Assembly: GCA_963761825.1 (NCBI GenBank)
Contig: CAVXIH010000005.1
Location: 74,992 to 138,991, forward strand
From: an uncultured Acidobacteriota bacterium
GTDB lineage: Bacteria; Acidobacteriota; UBA6911
Direction of reading: 5' to 3'
DNA length: 64,000 nucleotides
The notes under the pieces were generated by a model. The model was not told the DNA's origin and did no database searches. It was given only the letters and a program-made list of their open reading frames with translations. Each line of letters starts with the position of its first letter. The first letter of the stretch is position 1. The translations under genes and the position numbers were made by a program. Shown piece by piece: positions 43,358-53,472 of this stretch.

Positions 43358-44533
43358 GTGACGAACATGGAACCGTTTTTACCGGAACGCATCTTCTCCG
43401 TCCCGACGGATAGGAATCAGGACTCTCCTCGGGTCCTGATTTCCCCTCACCGCTACATCCAGGGGAAGGATGTTCTCGATCATCTGGGACGCTACCTCTC
43501 GATAGTGCCAAGCCGACGTCCCGTCGCGCTGATGACGGAAGGCAGCAGGCAACGGGTTGGCGCAAAAATTGAAGCCAGCCTTAAACAGGCCGGCATCGAG
43601 CCTCACATAGAAATATTTCGCGGCGAGTGCTCATATGAAGAAGTAGAACGCATCGCCGGTGCAGTCCACCAATCCGGATGGGCGGCGGATTCCGTTATTG
43701 CGGCCGGCGGCGGAAAATGCATCGACGCCGGCAAATGCGTCGGCTTTCGCCTCGGAGTGCCAGCAGTCATCTGCCCCACTATTGCTTCAACCGACGCTCC
43801 CTGCTCCGCCGTTTCGGTGATGTACACGCCAGAAGGTGTGGGCATAGGACCGGAGTTCTTCCCCAACAGCCCGGCGCTGGTGGTCGTTGACACGCGGCTC
43901 ATCGCGTCCTCTCCCATACGGCATCTCATCGCAGGCATGGGGGACGCCATTGCCACTTTCTACGAAGCCCGCACCTGCTTCAGAAATCCTTCCGGCAGAA
44001 ACAATGTTGGCGCGCGCATTACGATCGCGGCTCTGGCATTGGCTGAATTGTGCGCGAAAACCGTATTTGACGACGGACGAAAAGCGATCGAGGCCGTCCG
44101 GCGTGGGGAAATCGACTCGTCCGTCGAAAACATCATCGAGGCGAATACGCTTTTGAGCGGCGTGGGCTTCGAAAGCGGAGGATTGTCGATCGCCCACGCA
44201 ATGGCTGCCGGATTCACCGTGATCCCGACTCTGCACCGCGACTTTCTTCATGGAGAACTTGTCGGCATCGGCCTCGTCGCCCAGCTGATACTGGAACGGG
44301 AACGGGACGAAGCCCGAAAAGTTCTCAGCTTTCTCAAGGACGTGGGGTTGCCGACTACTCTCGATCAGCTTCAATTAAATATTCAGCGCGACGCAACAGC
44401 TCTGATGGAAGCTATGACCGCCGCAATGAAATCGCCCTTCGCCAACACTGAACCTTTCGAGGTCACCCCAGAGTCTCTGTTCTCTGCACTTATCGGGGCC
44501 GATCGGATGGCGGGGGAATCTTTTAGCCGCTAG
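43358..44533 (+). CDS. gldA: Glycerol dehydrogenase (Fe-ADH family)
   Basis: SPHRYIQG, GGGKCIDAGK, PTIASTDAPCS, AGMGDA, SGVGFESGG, HGELV. Confidence 0.9.
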   Translation: MTNMEPFLPERIFSVPTDRNQDSPRVLISPHRYIQGKDVLDHLGRYLSIVPSRRPVALMTEGSRQRVGAKIEASLKQAGIEPHIEIFRGECSYEEVERIAGAVHQSGWAADSVIAAGGGKCIDAGKCVGFRLGVPAVICPTIASTDAPCSAVSVMYTPEGVGIGPEFFPNSPALVVVDTRLIASSPIRHLIAGMGDAIATFYEARTCFRNPSGRNNVGARITIAALALAELCAKTVFDDGRKAIEAVRRGEIDSSVENIIEANTLLSGVGFESGGLSIAHAMAAGFTVIPTLHRDFLHGELVGIGLVAQLILERERDEARKVLSFLKDVGLPTTLDQLQLNIQRDATALMEAMTAAMKSPFANTEPFEVTPESLFSALIGADRMAGESFSR

Positions 44534-44562
44534 CCTCCCCGTTCAATGCAAACTGTCACTAG

Positions 44563-44727
44563 TCGTATCAGTATCGCTATCGGTATCGCTATCGGTATCG
44601 CTATCGGTATCGGTATCGCGATGGAAAATCGGCAGTGGAAGACCGCAGCAAAAGCGCAAAGACCGATAGCGATTTGCGATTCCGATTTGCGATACCGATA
44701 CCGATAGCGATATACCGATAGCGATAT
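44563..44727. repeat. Hexamer palindromic element, copy 5 (longest)
   Basis: (GTATCGCTATCG)n left arm; (CCGATA/GCGATA)n right arm; between convergent genes. Confidence 0.9.
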
Positions 44728-44744
44728 AGATGGAGCTTGGCTGG

Positions 44745-45938
44745 CTATTGATTGCGGAGGCAATAGAGATGGGAATCGCTGCGTAGGAAGATGGCTCCGT
44801 CGGACACGGCCATCGAAGCGAGCGTCTGGCCATTCAGTTGATTCGTGGCGAGTATTTTAAACTCCTTCCCGGGCGCAATAACAACCGATTGGCCGTCCTC
44901 GCTCAGAAAATAAATCCGGCCATCCGCATATAGTGGCGAAGCGGAATGATTCCCGCCTATGCGCTGCTGCCAATGCTCTTTTCCCGTACTCGCATCCAAG
45001 CAGGTGGCGATTCCGTTGTCGTTGATCAAGTACAGTTCTTCTCCTACAAGAAGTGGCGAAGGCGTCAGCGGCGCGCCCCGGTCACGCCTCCAGATAACGT
45101 GCGACTTTGTAACGTCTCCGCGGCCATCCACGCGGATAGCCAAAAGCGATGGCTGCTGAAATCCGGTGCAAATAAACACCAGGCCGTTCCCAAATACCGG
45201 CCGCGGCACGTTGGAAAATCCATCACCATAAAGCACATGCCAGATTTCCTTGCCCGTGCGCGGTTCATACGCGACAACCCGGAAGGCACCAGCGCTTATC
45301 AACTGGTCCCCGCCCGCCGGACGCACTATCAAAGGCGTCGAATACGCATGGCTTGCTTTTCGGTATTGTTTCCATTGAATACCGCCGGTCGATTTGTCCA
45401 GTGCCGCGACATACTGGACCGACATGCCATCACAGTTCACGACCAGCAAATTTTCGTAGATAACCGGGGAGCCTCCCGGCCCATGCTGGCCGTTGTCATA
45501 CTCGAGCCGCGTCCGCCAGAGAATCTTGCCGGACTGCGAAATGCAGGCAGTGCCAAATGCGCCGAAGTGCACATAGACCCTGTTTCCATCCAGCACCGGC
45601 GTTGGCGAGGCAAGGCTGTTCTTTGCGTTGACGCGTCCGGGCACATTTAGGCGAAAAACTTCGACATTCTGTAGAATAGCACCGCTCTTGCGATCCACGC
45701 AGATGGCGCGCAGCGATTTCCCCTCTTCTGTCGCCGTCGTCAGCCAGATCTGGTCTCCCTGGATTGCAGGGGAAGACCATCCCCGCCCCGGGATCGCGGT
45801 TTTCCACCGGACATTCCTGTTTTCACTCCAGGTTAGAGGAAGCCCGCTTTCATCCGAAAGACCTTGCCCGGTTGGTCCGCGGAACTCCGGCCAATCCCGG
45901 GCAAGAAAGACCATAGCAAGGAAATATAGAATTTTCAT
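44745..45938 (-). CDS. Secreted PQQ-like beta-propeller protein (BamB-like repeat family)
   Basis: DWPEFRGP, WSSP, repeated SP motifs and Trp docking motifs. Confidence 0.85.
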   Translation of the reverse strand: MKILYFLAMVFLARDWPEFRGPTGQGLSDESGLPLTWSENRNVRWKTAIPGRGWSSPAIQGDQIWLTTATEEGKSLRAICVDRKSGAILQNVEVFRLNVPGRVNAKNSLASPTPVLDGNRVYVHFGAFGTACISQSGKILWRTRLEYDNGQHGPGGSPVIYENLLVVNCDGMSVQYVAALDKSTGGIQWKQYRKASHAYSTPLIVRPAGGDQLISAGAFRVVAYEPRTGKEIWHVLYGDGFSNVPRPVFGNGLVFICTGFQQPSLLAIRVDGRGDVTKSHVIWRRDRGAPLTPSPLLVGEELYLINDNGIATCLDASTGKEHWQQRIGGNHSASPLYADGRIYFLSEDGQSVVIAPGKEFKILATNQLNGQTLASMAVSDGAIFLRSDSHLYCLRNQ

Positions 45939-47651
45939 TGCCGGATTCCTCCGCTTCGTGATGCATCTGCCTGCAACGGCCGCAGCATGCTGATTGCCGT
46001 TCCCGCAGCGAGAACCACGGCAACGCCGACAACATTATAGTAGAGCCATGAAATTGAAGAGTAATAGGCCACTGCGAAGACCGCGATCTCCCCGGCGATC
46101 AGTCCATAAAAAGCGCCCGTCCCGTTACAGCGGCGCACCATGAACGCGAGGAGAAACACGCCGAGGATCGGCCCATAGAAATAGGATCCCACTTTGTTGA
46201 CCGCCTCGATCAGGGATCCCAGCTTGCCGGCATAGCAGGCAGCGCCGGTTGCAAAAGCGCCCCAAAATAACGTGGCCCCCCGGGATACCCAGAGATAATG
46301 CGCATCGCCTGCCGCTCTTGCAGAAGTACCGTTTGTAGAAATCGATAATCGTTGCGCTCGCCAGCGAATTAATTTCGGACGAAAAGCTGGACATGGCTGC
46401 GGCGAAAATCACGGCAAGCATGATGCCCAGAATTCCGGCAGGCGCATGCTGGATCAGGAAAGAAGGGAAAATATAGTTCACTTCGCTCGAAGGTTCCGAT
46501 CCCGTCACAGATTTCAGAAGTGCGCGATTCTCATTCTTCAGTTCCCGAAATGCCGCATCGGCTTCACGGTACCGTCCCTCGGCGGCCCTCAGAGCAACTG
46601 CGTTGTGGCTCTTCCGGGCTTCGCTCAGGGAAAGAGCCTCTACGCGTCTTTCCTGGAAAACCGCGTCATACCTCTTCTCCAGCTCCGCATACCGGCTCCC
46701 TGCCTTCTGCATCAGGACACTCTGGTTCGCCGCGCTGAAATTCAGCGGAGGCTTGATAAAGTGATACGACACAAACATCAGCACACCGACGGCAAGGATC
46801 AGAAACTGCATCGGGACCTTCAGGAATGCATTCAACATAAGACTCATGCGGCTCTCTGTGAGCGACCGCCCCGTGAGATAGCGCTGTACCTGGCTCTGAT
46901 CGCATCCGAAGTAGGAGAGCGCCAGGAAAAAGCCTCCCAACATCCCCGAGAGTAGCGTGTAGGAATTTTTCAAATCCATGGAGAGATCGATGCTGTTCCA
47001 TTTGCCTTCAAGCCCGGCGAGATGCACCGCATCGCCGATGGAATAGTTCGCCGGGAACTTGGACACGAAAAGCGCGATCGCGATAAAAATGCCTGCGAAC
47101 ATCAGCAGCATTTGTTTTGCGTCGATCATGATCACGGCTTTGTTGCCGCCGATCGTCGTGTAGATGATCGTAGAAGCGCCCATGATCATAATGGTAATCA
47201 ACTCATTCCAACCGAAAATGACGGCGAGGATGATCGAAGGGGCATACAAAACAAAACTCACCGCGAGGCCACGGGATATGAGGAAGATAAAACTGGTCAG
47301 ACTGCGCGTTTTGGCGTCGAAGCGCCTTTCGAGATATTCGTAGGCCGTGAAGACATTGGCCCTATAGAAAAAGGGGACAAATGTCATGCACAGGATGACC
47401 ATGACAAGAGGTTGCGGCAGATAGACCTGTATGAACGACATCCCCGCGTTGTAGGCCTGGCCGGTGGTCCCGATATACGTGATGGCGCTGGCCTGCGTGG
47501 CCATGACGGAAAGCCCGACTGCCCACCAGCGCAGGGAGCGCTTGCCGCGGAAATAATCATCCAGGTTTTTATTCTTTTTGCCGTGGCGGAAACCCTCTGC
47601 CAGGACATAGGCAAAATAGAGGATGACGATAATCCAGTCGGCAATATGCAT
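45935..47651 (-). CDS. Sodium:solute symporter; frameshift near 46300
   Basis: LSVMATQASAIT, YFGCDQSQVQRY, AAMSS, YGPILGVF. Confidence 0.9.
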
Positions 47652-47657
47652 GGCGCG

Positions 47658-47819
47658 CTAACGGTTGAATAGGACGGTCATTAGATAAAGAGCGAGCACA
47701 AGAGCACAGGTATAAACAACGACTGAAACATACAGTCGATTCCATGTGCTGAAGAATGGGGGCGGATCATCTCTCTCAGCCGCAGTGCGCTCAGGGTCAT
47801 GATCTTCAGGGATTTTCAC
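47658..47819 (-). CDS. Small (53 aa) single-TM protein upstream of the SSS gene; absent from the ORF track
   Basis: GGAGG RBS, GTG start, MKIPEDHDPERTAAERDDPPPFFSTWNRLYVSVVVYTCALVLALYLMTVLFNR, stop 6 nt before the SSS ATG. Confidence 0.75.
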   Translation of the reverse strand: MKIPEDHDPERTAAERDDPPPFFSTWNRLYVSVVVYTCALVLALYLMTVLFNR

Positions 47820-47931
47820 GCAACCTCCGGAATCCCGTAGTGTTACTACACAATACTGTCTGTCTCATCATAATCATTCCGGCAGGATGAAACAATGATT
47901 CTTCAAATGTAGCGCGGCATGAACAGGGTCC

Positions 47932-48032
47932 GTCGGGATCGGTATCGCTATCGGGATCGGTATCGGGAATCGCAGTCGGTTGTCAGCTTTTCGATCGCGA
48001 TTTGCGATACCGATAGCGATTCCGATACCGAC
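47932..48032. repeat. Hexamer palindromic element, copy 6
   Basis: GTCGGGATCGGTATCGCT... spacer ...CCGATAGCGATTCCGATACCGAC. Confidence 0.9.
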
Positions 48033-48055
48033 GTGTTTTGTTATTTAGCGAGTAT

Positions 48056-49261
48056 TTAGCACAATCCGCGGAAGGGAGACAGGGCGCGGTCGAGGACACC
48101 CAGGGAATAGGTGATGGCGACTCCATAGTTGGTGATCGGGACGCGGGCTTCGCGGCAGCGCATAATGCGGGAAATCACTTCGCGCCGGTTCAGCATGCAC
48201 GCGCCGCACTGGACGATCAGCTGATAGGAACTAATATCTTCGGGAAAATCGTGTCCTTGCCGGTGCACAAATTCCAGGTCCACTCCCGTATACTGCCGAA
48301 TCCAGCGGGGGATCTTGACTCTTCCGATGTCTTCGCCGATCGGGTGGTGCGCGCAGGACTCCAGAACCAGGATGCGGTTTCCGGGCTGCAGCGTGTCGAT
48401 GGTTTTGACTCCGCGCACGAACTCCTTCAGATCGCCTTTCAAACGCGCAAACAGGATTGAAAATGACGTCATCGGGACCTGGCTGGGCGTATCGCCCGCG
48501 ACCCGCAGGAACGCCTGGGAATCCGTGACTACGAGGGCCGGCGGATTTTTGAGTTTATCCAGCGCATCCTGCAGTTCGCGCTCTTTAACCACCATGCAGC
48601 AGGAATCATGATCCAGGACATCGCGGATCGACTGCACCTGCGGCAGGATGAGTCTTCCCTTCGGGGCTTCCAAATCGATGGGGACGACCAGGACCACAAC
48701 TTCGCCGGGATTGATCAAATCGCCTAATACCGGGGGAGAGTCCATAAATTCCTCCGGCGCTGTGCGTATCAGGGCTTCCCGAAGCTCAAGCATGCCTTTG
48801 CCCTGGCTGGCGACCGTCTCCACGACGGGGAGATTGCGGGACTTGAGATTTTGCAGCACCTCCGCGCGCGGCGCACCGCAATCGCTCTTATTGAACACCA
48901 CGATGACGGGCACCTTGCGTTTCAACATTTCAGCCAGGATGCTCTCTTCGAACTCTCCCCAGCAATTTCCTTCTGCCACCAGGATTCCCATATCCGTGCG
49001 CTCAAAAATAAGCCGCGTCCTCTCGGCCCGCATTTCACCCAGGGCGCCGACGTCATCGATGCCTGCCGTATCGATAAACAGGACTGGCCCGAGCGGCAGC
49101 AGCTCCATTGGTTTTTCCACCGGATCCGTGGTCGTTCCCGGCACATCCGAAACAATGGAAACCTGCTGGCGGGTCAACGCATTCAGCAGCGAGGATTTAC
49201 CCACATTGCGCCGGCCGAACAGTCCGATATGCAGCCGCATTCCTTTCGGCGTGTCTTTCAT
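48056..49261 (-). CDS. hydF: [FeFe]-hydrogenase maturation GTPase
   Basis: GRRNVGKSS, GTTTDPV, DTAG, APKGRLILPQ, TDSQAF, ESCAHH, QCGACM. Confidence 0.97.
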   Translation of the reverse strand: MKDTPKGMRLHIGLFGRRNVGKSSLLNALTRQQVSIVSDVPGTTTDPVEKPMELLPLGPVLFIDTAGIDDVGALGEMRAERTRLIFERTDMGILVAEGNCWGEFEESILAEMLKRKVPVIVVFNKSDCGAPRAEVLQNLKSRNLPVVETVASQGKGMLELREALIRTAPEEFMDSPPVLGDLINPGEVVVLVVPIDLEAPKGRLILPQVQSIRDVLDHDSCCMVVKERELQDALDKLKNPPALVVTDSQAFLRVAGDTPSQVPMTSFSILFARLKGDLKEFVRGVKTIDTLQPGNRILVLESCAHHPIGEDIGRVKIPRWIRQYTGVDLEFVHRQGHDFPEDISSYQLIVQCGACMLNRREVISRIMRCREARVPITNYGVAITYSLGVLDRALSPFRGLC

Positions 49262-50676
49262 TCTTTTCCCTCAGGTTCGCAGGCGGTGACCCGAGCCGGG
49301 CAACGTTCTCGGGAGAGATCAGCTGATCGAATTGTTCCGGAGTCAGGCTTCCCTCTTCCAGCACAACCTGGCGCACTGTTCTTCCTTCCGCGCGCGCGCG
49401 GCGCGCAATGGCTTGAACCTTCTCATAGCCCAGCAATGCAACCAGCGCCGTGAGAGTTGCGGTGGCGCCTTCCACATGCGTTCGGCAGCGGGACTCATCC
49501 GCCGTAATCCCCGCCACGCAGTGCTCACAAAAGATGCGGCAGGCATTGCGCAAAAGATCCAGACTGCCGAGCAGCGCATCCGCAACCAGCGGCAGAAAGG
49601 CGTTCAGCTCCAGGTTGCCCATCGCGCATGCCTGAGCAATGGCTTGATCGTTGGCCATCACCATGATCGCCGCTTGGGATACCGCCTCCGGAATAACCGG
49701 ATTCACCTTGCCGGGCATGATGGAGGACCCCGCCTGGCGCGCCGGCAAATGGATCTCGCCGAAACCGGCGTCGGGTCCTGAAGACAGCAGACGCAGGTCC
49801 GTCGCAATTTTCAATAGATTGGTTGCGCACGCTTTCAGAATGCCGCTGACTTCGACAAAAACATCGGCGTTCTGCGTACACTCGACAAGGTTCTCGGCGC
49901 GCGCCAGCCCCATTCGTGTAATTTCCCGCAATTGATCGACGACGCCGAAGATGTAGCGCCTGGGAGCGGCAATACCGGTCCCGATAGCCGTACCTCCGAG
50001 ATTGACGATGCGCAGCCTCTCCTCGCACTTATAGATGCGCCAGCGGTCCCGTGCGAAAGCCTCCGCATACGCGCCCATTTCGCGGCCCAGGGTAGTCAGT
50101 ACCGCATCCTGGAGCTGTGTTCTGCCGACCTTCACGATGTGCGCGAATTCCTGCTCCTTGCGCTGGAACTCTTCAAGCAGGCGCACTACGTCGCGCTGCA
50201 AAAGCCGCAGCAATTGAATGCCCGCCACTTTCAGAGCGGTCGGATAGGTATCGTTCGTGGATTGATGCAGATTGATATCTTCGAGCGGGCTAACCGTTGA
50301 ATAGTCGCCCAAAGGTCTTCCGAGAATCTGCAGGGCGCGGTTGGCCAGGACCTCGTTGACATTCATGTTCGTGGAGGTGCCGGCGCCCCCCTGAAGAGCA
50401 TCCACCCGGATAGCGGCGTCCAGATGCCCTTCCATCATTTCCGTACAGGCGGTTTCAATAGCGCTCGCCTTTTCATCATCCCACCAGCCCAGTTCATGAT
50501 TGGTTCTGGCGCATGCAAGCTTCACGGCGCCATAGGCATGGATGAGCGCAGGATTGACCGGCCGCAGTGCCAGCGCGAAATTTTCAATGGCGCGTTCGGT
50601 GTAGATGCCGTGCAGCGCATCCGCCGGCACGTCCCGTGAACCCAGAAGATCCTGCTCTGTTCGATACAGTCATCAT
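49197..50676 (-). CDS. aspA: Aspartate ammonia-lyase; indel at the 5' end and probably at the 3' end
   Basis: QGGAGTSTNMNVNEV, QSTND, KVGRTQLQDA, GSSIMPGKVNPV. Confidence 0.9.
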
Positions 50677-50697
50677 AGCCGGTAATTCCACAATCGC

Positions 50698-50751
50698 GTA
50701 CCTGGTTATACTGTCCCTCGCATAGCAACAGGGGACAGTATAACCAGGTAC
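50698..50751. mobile_element. Empty non-autonomous copy of the inverted repeats that flank the 62678-63346 transposase
   Basis: GTACCTGGTTATACTGTCCC (50698-50717), 14-nt spacer, GGGACAGTATAACCAGGTAC (50732-50751). Confidence 0.85.
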
Positions 50752-50763
50752 AGATCTTGAGGG

Positions 50764-52191
50764 CTAAAAATAGAGATCGCGGTCATCTGTCTGGCGTATT
50801 TGACGCAGCCGCTTTTCCAGTTCTTCTTTTTGCGGACCCGGTTCAAGCCGTGCCAGTTCTGCCTGTATCAGCGCTTCTCCCGCTTTCCGAGTCTCGGGCG
50901 ATGCATAGTCCACCAGGTACTCCGTCAGCGTGGAAATGGCATTGGGCGTGCAATACCGCTTGATGAATCCCGGAATGGCAAATTCCATAAAATGCTCGCC
51001 CGTGCGCCCGAGCCGGTAGCAGGCAGTGCAGAAACTCGGCACATAGCCGTCCTGCATGAGTTCTTGCATGACTTTGTCCAGCGACCGGATATCCCCAAGC
51101 TCGAATTGTTCCCGGTCGGCAAGCTGCGTGTCTTCCTTTTCCGTGTATCCGCCGATTTCGATCCGGCTGCCCGCATCGATCTGAGAGACGCCGTACTTCA
51201 TCAGTTCCCGACGCAGCGGCGCGTTTTCGCGGGCGGTAAGGATCAGTCCCGTGTAGGGAACAGCCAGGCGCAGCGTTGCGATCACGCGCTTAAAATCGCC
51301 GTCGCTGGACAGATCCCAGATCCGGGGAAATTCACGCCGCACGCCGGACGCAGGCGCGGGAAGCTGATCGTATGCGGCCCGACTCCATAGCGCTTCTGGA
51401 GATACAAGGCGTGCGCCACAAGGCCCAGCACTTCGAACCGCCAGTCATACAAGCCGAAAAGCACGCCGATCCCCACATCGTCGCACCCGGCTTCCAGAGC
51501 GCGGCTCAATCCGTCGAGCCGGTACAGGTAATTGCCCTTGCGCGTGCGCGGCGAATGCACGCCGGCATAGGTTTCATGATGATACGTTTCCTGGAAAATC
51601 TGATACGTGCCGATCCCGGCCGCTTTAACGATCCGGTATCCCTCATGATCCATGGGCGCCGCATTGATATTGACTCTGCGGATTTCCCCGTGCCCGTTGC
51701 GCGTGGCATACACCGTGCGCACGCTTTCGGCCATGAAATCGGCGTCGTATCCTGGATGCTCGCCGAAAACCAGGATCAGCCGCTTTTGCCCCGAAGCTTC
51801 GAGCTTCACCACCTGTTCGCGCAATTCTTCGAGTGTCAGAGTGCGCCGCACCGAGAGCTTATTGCTGCTCTGAAATCCGCAATAGGAACAGTCATTGACG
51901 CACTCGTTGCCCACATAGAGAGGAGCGAAAAGCACAATCCGGTTGCCGTAGACGGTTTCCTTCAGTTTCTGGGCAGTCTGAAAAACGCTGTCGAGCAGCT
52001 CGGGATCATCCGTGCGAAGAAGGACTGCAGTCTCTTCAACGCTGAGCGGCTGCTTGGCAAGGCTTTTCGCGATGATGTCCTGCACCCGGCTTCGCTCCGG
52101 CGGCGCGCCGGCGAGCAGCTGCATAAAATATCCGTCATCGATAAAATCAACGGCGCCCTTGACTTAGATCCATTTTGGGCAATCCAGACAT
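50764..52191 (-). CDS. hydG: [FeFe]-hydrogenase maturation radical SAM protein, frameshifted
   Basis: FAPLYVGNECVNDCSYC, FQETYH, HTISFP, SQIDAGS, PSFCTACYR, YCTPNA. Confidence 0.95.
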
Positions 52192-52321
52192 ACCTCACCT
52201 CGTGATGCGCAACATCGCTCGCTTCGCGGCGAAAATCCGAATATAATTTCTTATCGCGGCCGGCAATCTCGGATAGGCCATTGCCCTCTCCGGCAACCAT
52301 GCAAGATTTCACTTCGGTTCA

Positions 52322-53455
52322 TTACGCAGCCTTGAGAGTATTGTGAAGCGTCACGGTAAACGTGCTGCCGATATCCGGCTTGCTTTTGACAGTGATTTCG
52401 CCGTTGTAGAGCGTGACGAGCTTTTTCAGCGTGGACAGTCCCAGGCCGCTCCCCAGGATATTGCGGGTTTTTTCGTTCTTGATTCTTGAGAAGTCGCTGA
52501 AGAGGCGCTGGGTTTCTTCCTGGGTCATGCCGATTCCGGTGTCTTCCACCTGGATTCGGATTTCATCTCCGGTCATGCCGACCGTGACACCGACACGCCC
52601 CTGGTCCCGGTTATATTTCACCGCATTGGAAATAAGATTATTGAAAATCATCTCGATCTCCGTGCGGTCCGCCTCCATGAACAATCCGGCGGGCACATCC
52701 AGCTGAACCGAGATACTGCGGCGCTCGATCTCCGCTTTGACGTTTTCGATCGCCTGGCGGGCGACGTCCGACAGATCGACCGCGGTCGGCGTGCGTTGTC
52801 TCTGCCCGGACTCGATGGAAGTCAAGTCCAGCAGATCCGTGATCAGCTTTCGCATTCCTTCGATACGGATCAGGCACCGATCCAGCATGTGATCGTAATC
52901 TTCCAGCTTGTTGCCGACCGAGCGTTCATGGATCATCTGGAGATAACCCTCGATGGCGGCGATGGGAGCCTTCATCTCATGGGCCAGAACGGAGATGAAC
53001 TGAAAACGCACCTGCCGTTTTTCCTCGGCCAGCCTGCGGGCCTGCCGCTGCAGGATGAGGTGCCGCGCTGCCTTGCGCACCGCGCCGCGCAGTTCCTCCG
53101 GTGTAAACGGTTTGGCCAGGAAATCGTAGGCGCCGCGGCGCGTAGCGGTGACGGCGGTATCCAGCGAGGCATAGGCGGTAATCATGATGACCAGGAGGTC
53201 GAGAGAGCTTTTGCTGAGCCGGTCCAGGATATCCAGGCCGGTGGTATCCGGCAGCTTGTGATCGAGAATGAGAATGTCGGTCGGCCCTTCACTCATCTTC
53301 TCTTCCAGTTCCTTGCCGGTGGCCGCCGTCCTTATGTCGAATCGGACCTCACCGCCAATATCGGGAAGACTCACAATGATATCCCGCAGCGCCCGCTCGG
53401 CGCCTCGCCGCATGCCAAATTCGTCATCCACGATGAGGATGTTCAGGATATCCAC
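52322..53455 (-). CDS. Hybrid receiver-histidine kinase
   Basis: REC domain (ILIVDDE, LDHKLPD, KPF), then HEMKAP, NLISNAVKY, DTGIG, GSGLGL. Confidence 0.93.
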   Translation of the reverse strand: MDILNILIVDDEFGMRRGAERALRDIIVSLPDIGGEVRFDIRTAATGKELEEKMSEGPTDILILDHKLPDTTGLDILDRLSKSSLDLLVIMITAYASLDTAVTATRRGAYDFLAKPFTPEELRGAVRKAARHLILQRQARRLAEEKRQVRFQFISVLAHEMKAPIAAIEGYLQMIHERSVGNKLEDYDHMLDRCLIRIEGMRKLITDLLDLTSIESGQRQRTPTAVDLSDVARQAIENVKAEIERRSISVQLDVPAGLFMEADRTEIEMIFNNLISNAVKYNRDQGRVGVTVGMTGDEIRIQVEDTGIGMTQEETQRLFSDFSRIKNEKTRNILGSGLGLSTLKKLVTLYNGEITVKSKPDIGSTFTVTLHNTLKAA

Positions 53456-53472
53456 TTCTTCCGCCTTTCGTA

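Noticed and set aside
43150-43392. 80-aa minus-strand ORF between blaI and gldA as a real gene or remnant
   Set aside because: It overlaps the gldA start region, has no convincing RBS and no family I can recognise; a database search would be needed.
44530-44833. ORFs with YRYRYR, IPIAIP or DTDSD runs (also at 25292-25519 and 40554-40931)
   Set aside because: These are translations of the hexamer palindromes, not plausible proteins.
25254-48032. CRISPR array interpretation of the hexamer and heptamer repeats
   Set aside because: There are no equal-length direct repeats separated by unique spacers of about 30-40 nt, the elements are dispersed inverted pairs, and no cas genes are present.
51962-52312. 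ORF upstream of hydG as a small hydrogenase-system regulator
   Set aside because: There is no ACT-like or other recognisable signature, and its 3' part merely overlaps hydG, which has its own GAGGTGAGG RBS before 52191.
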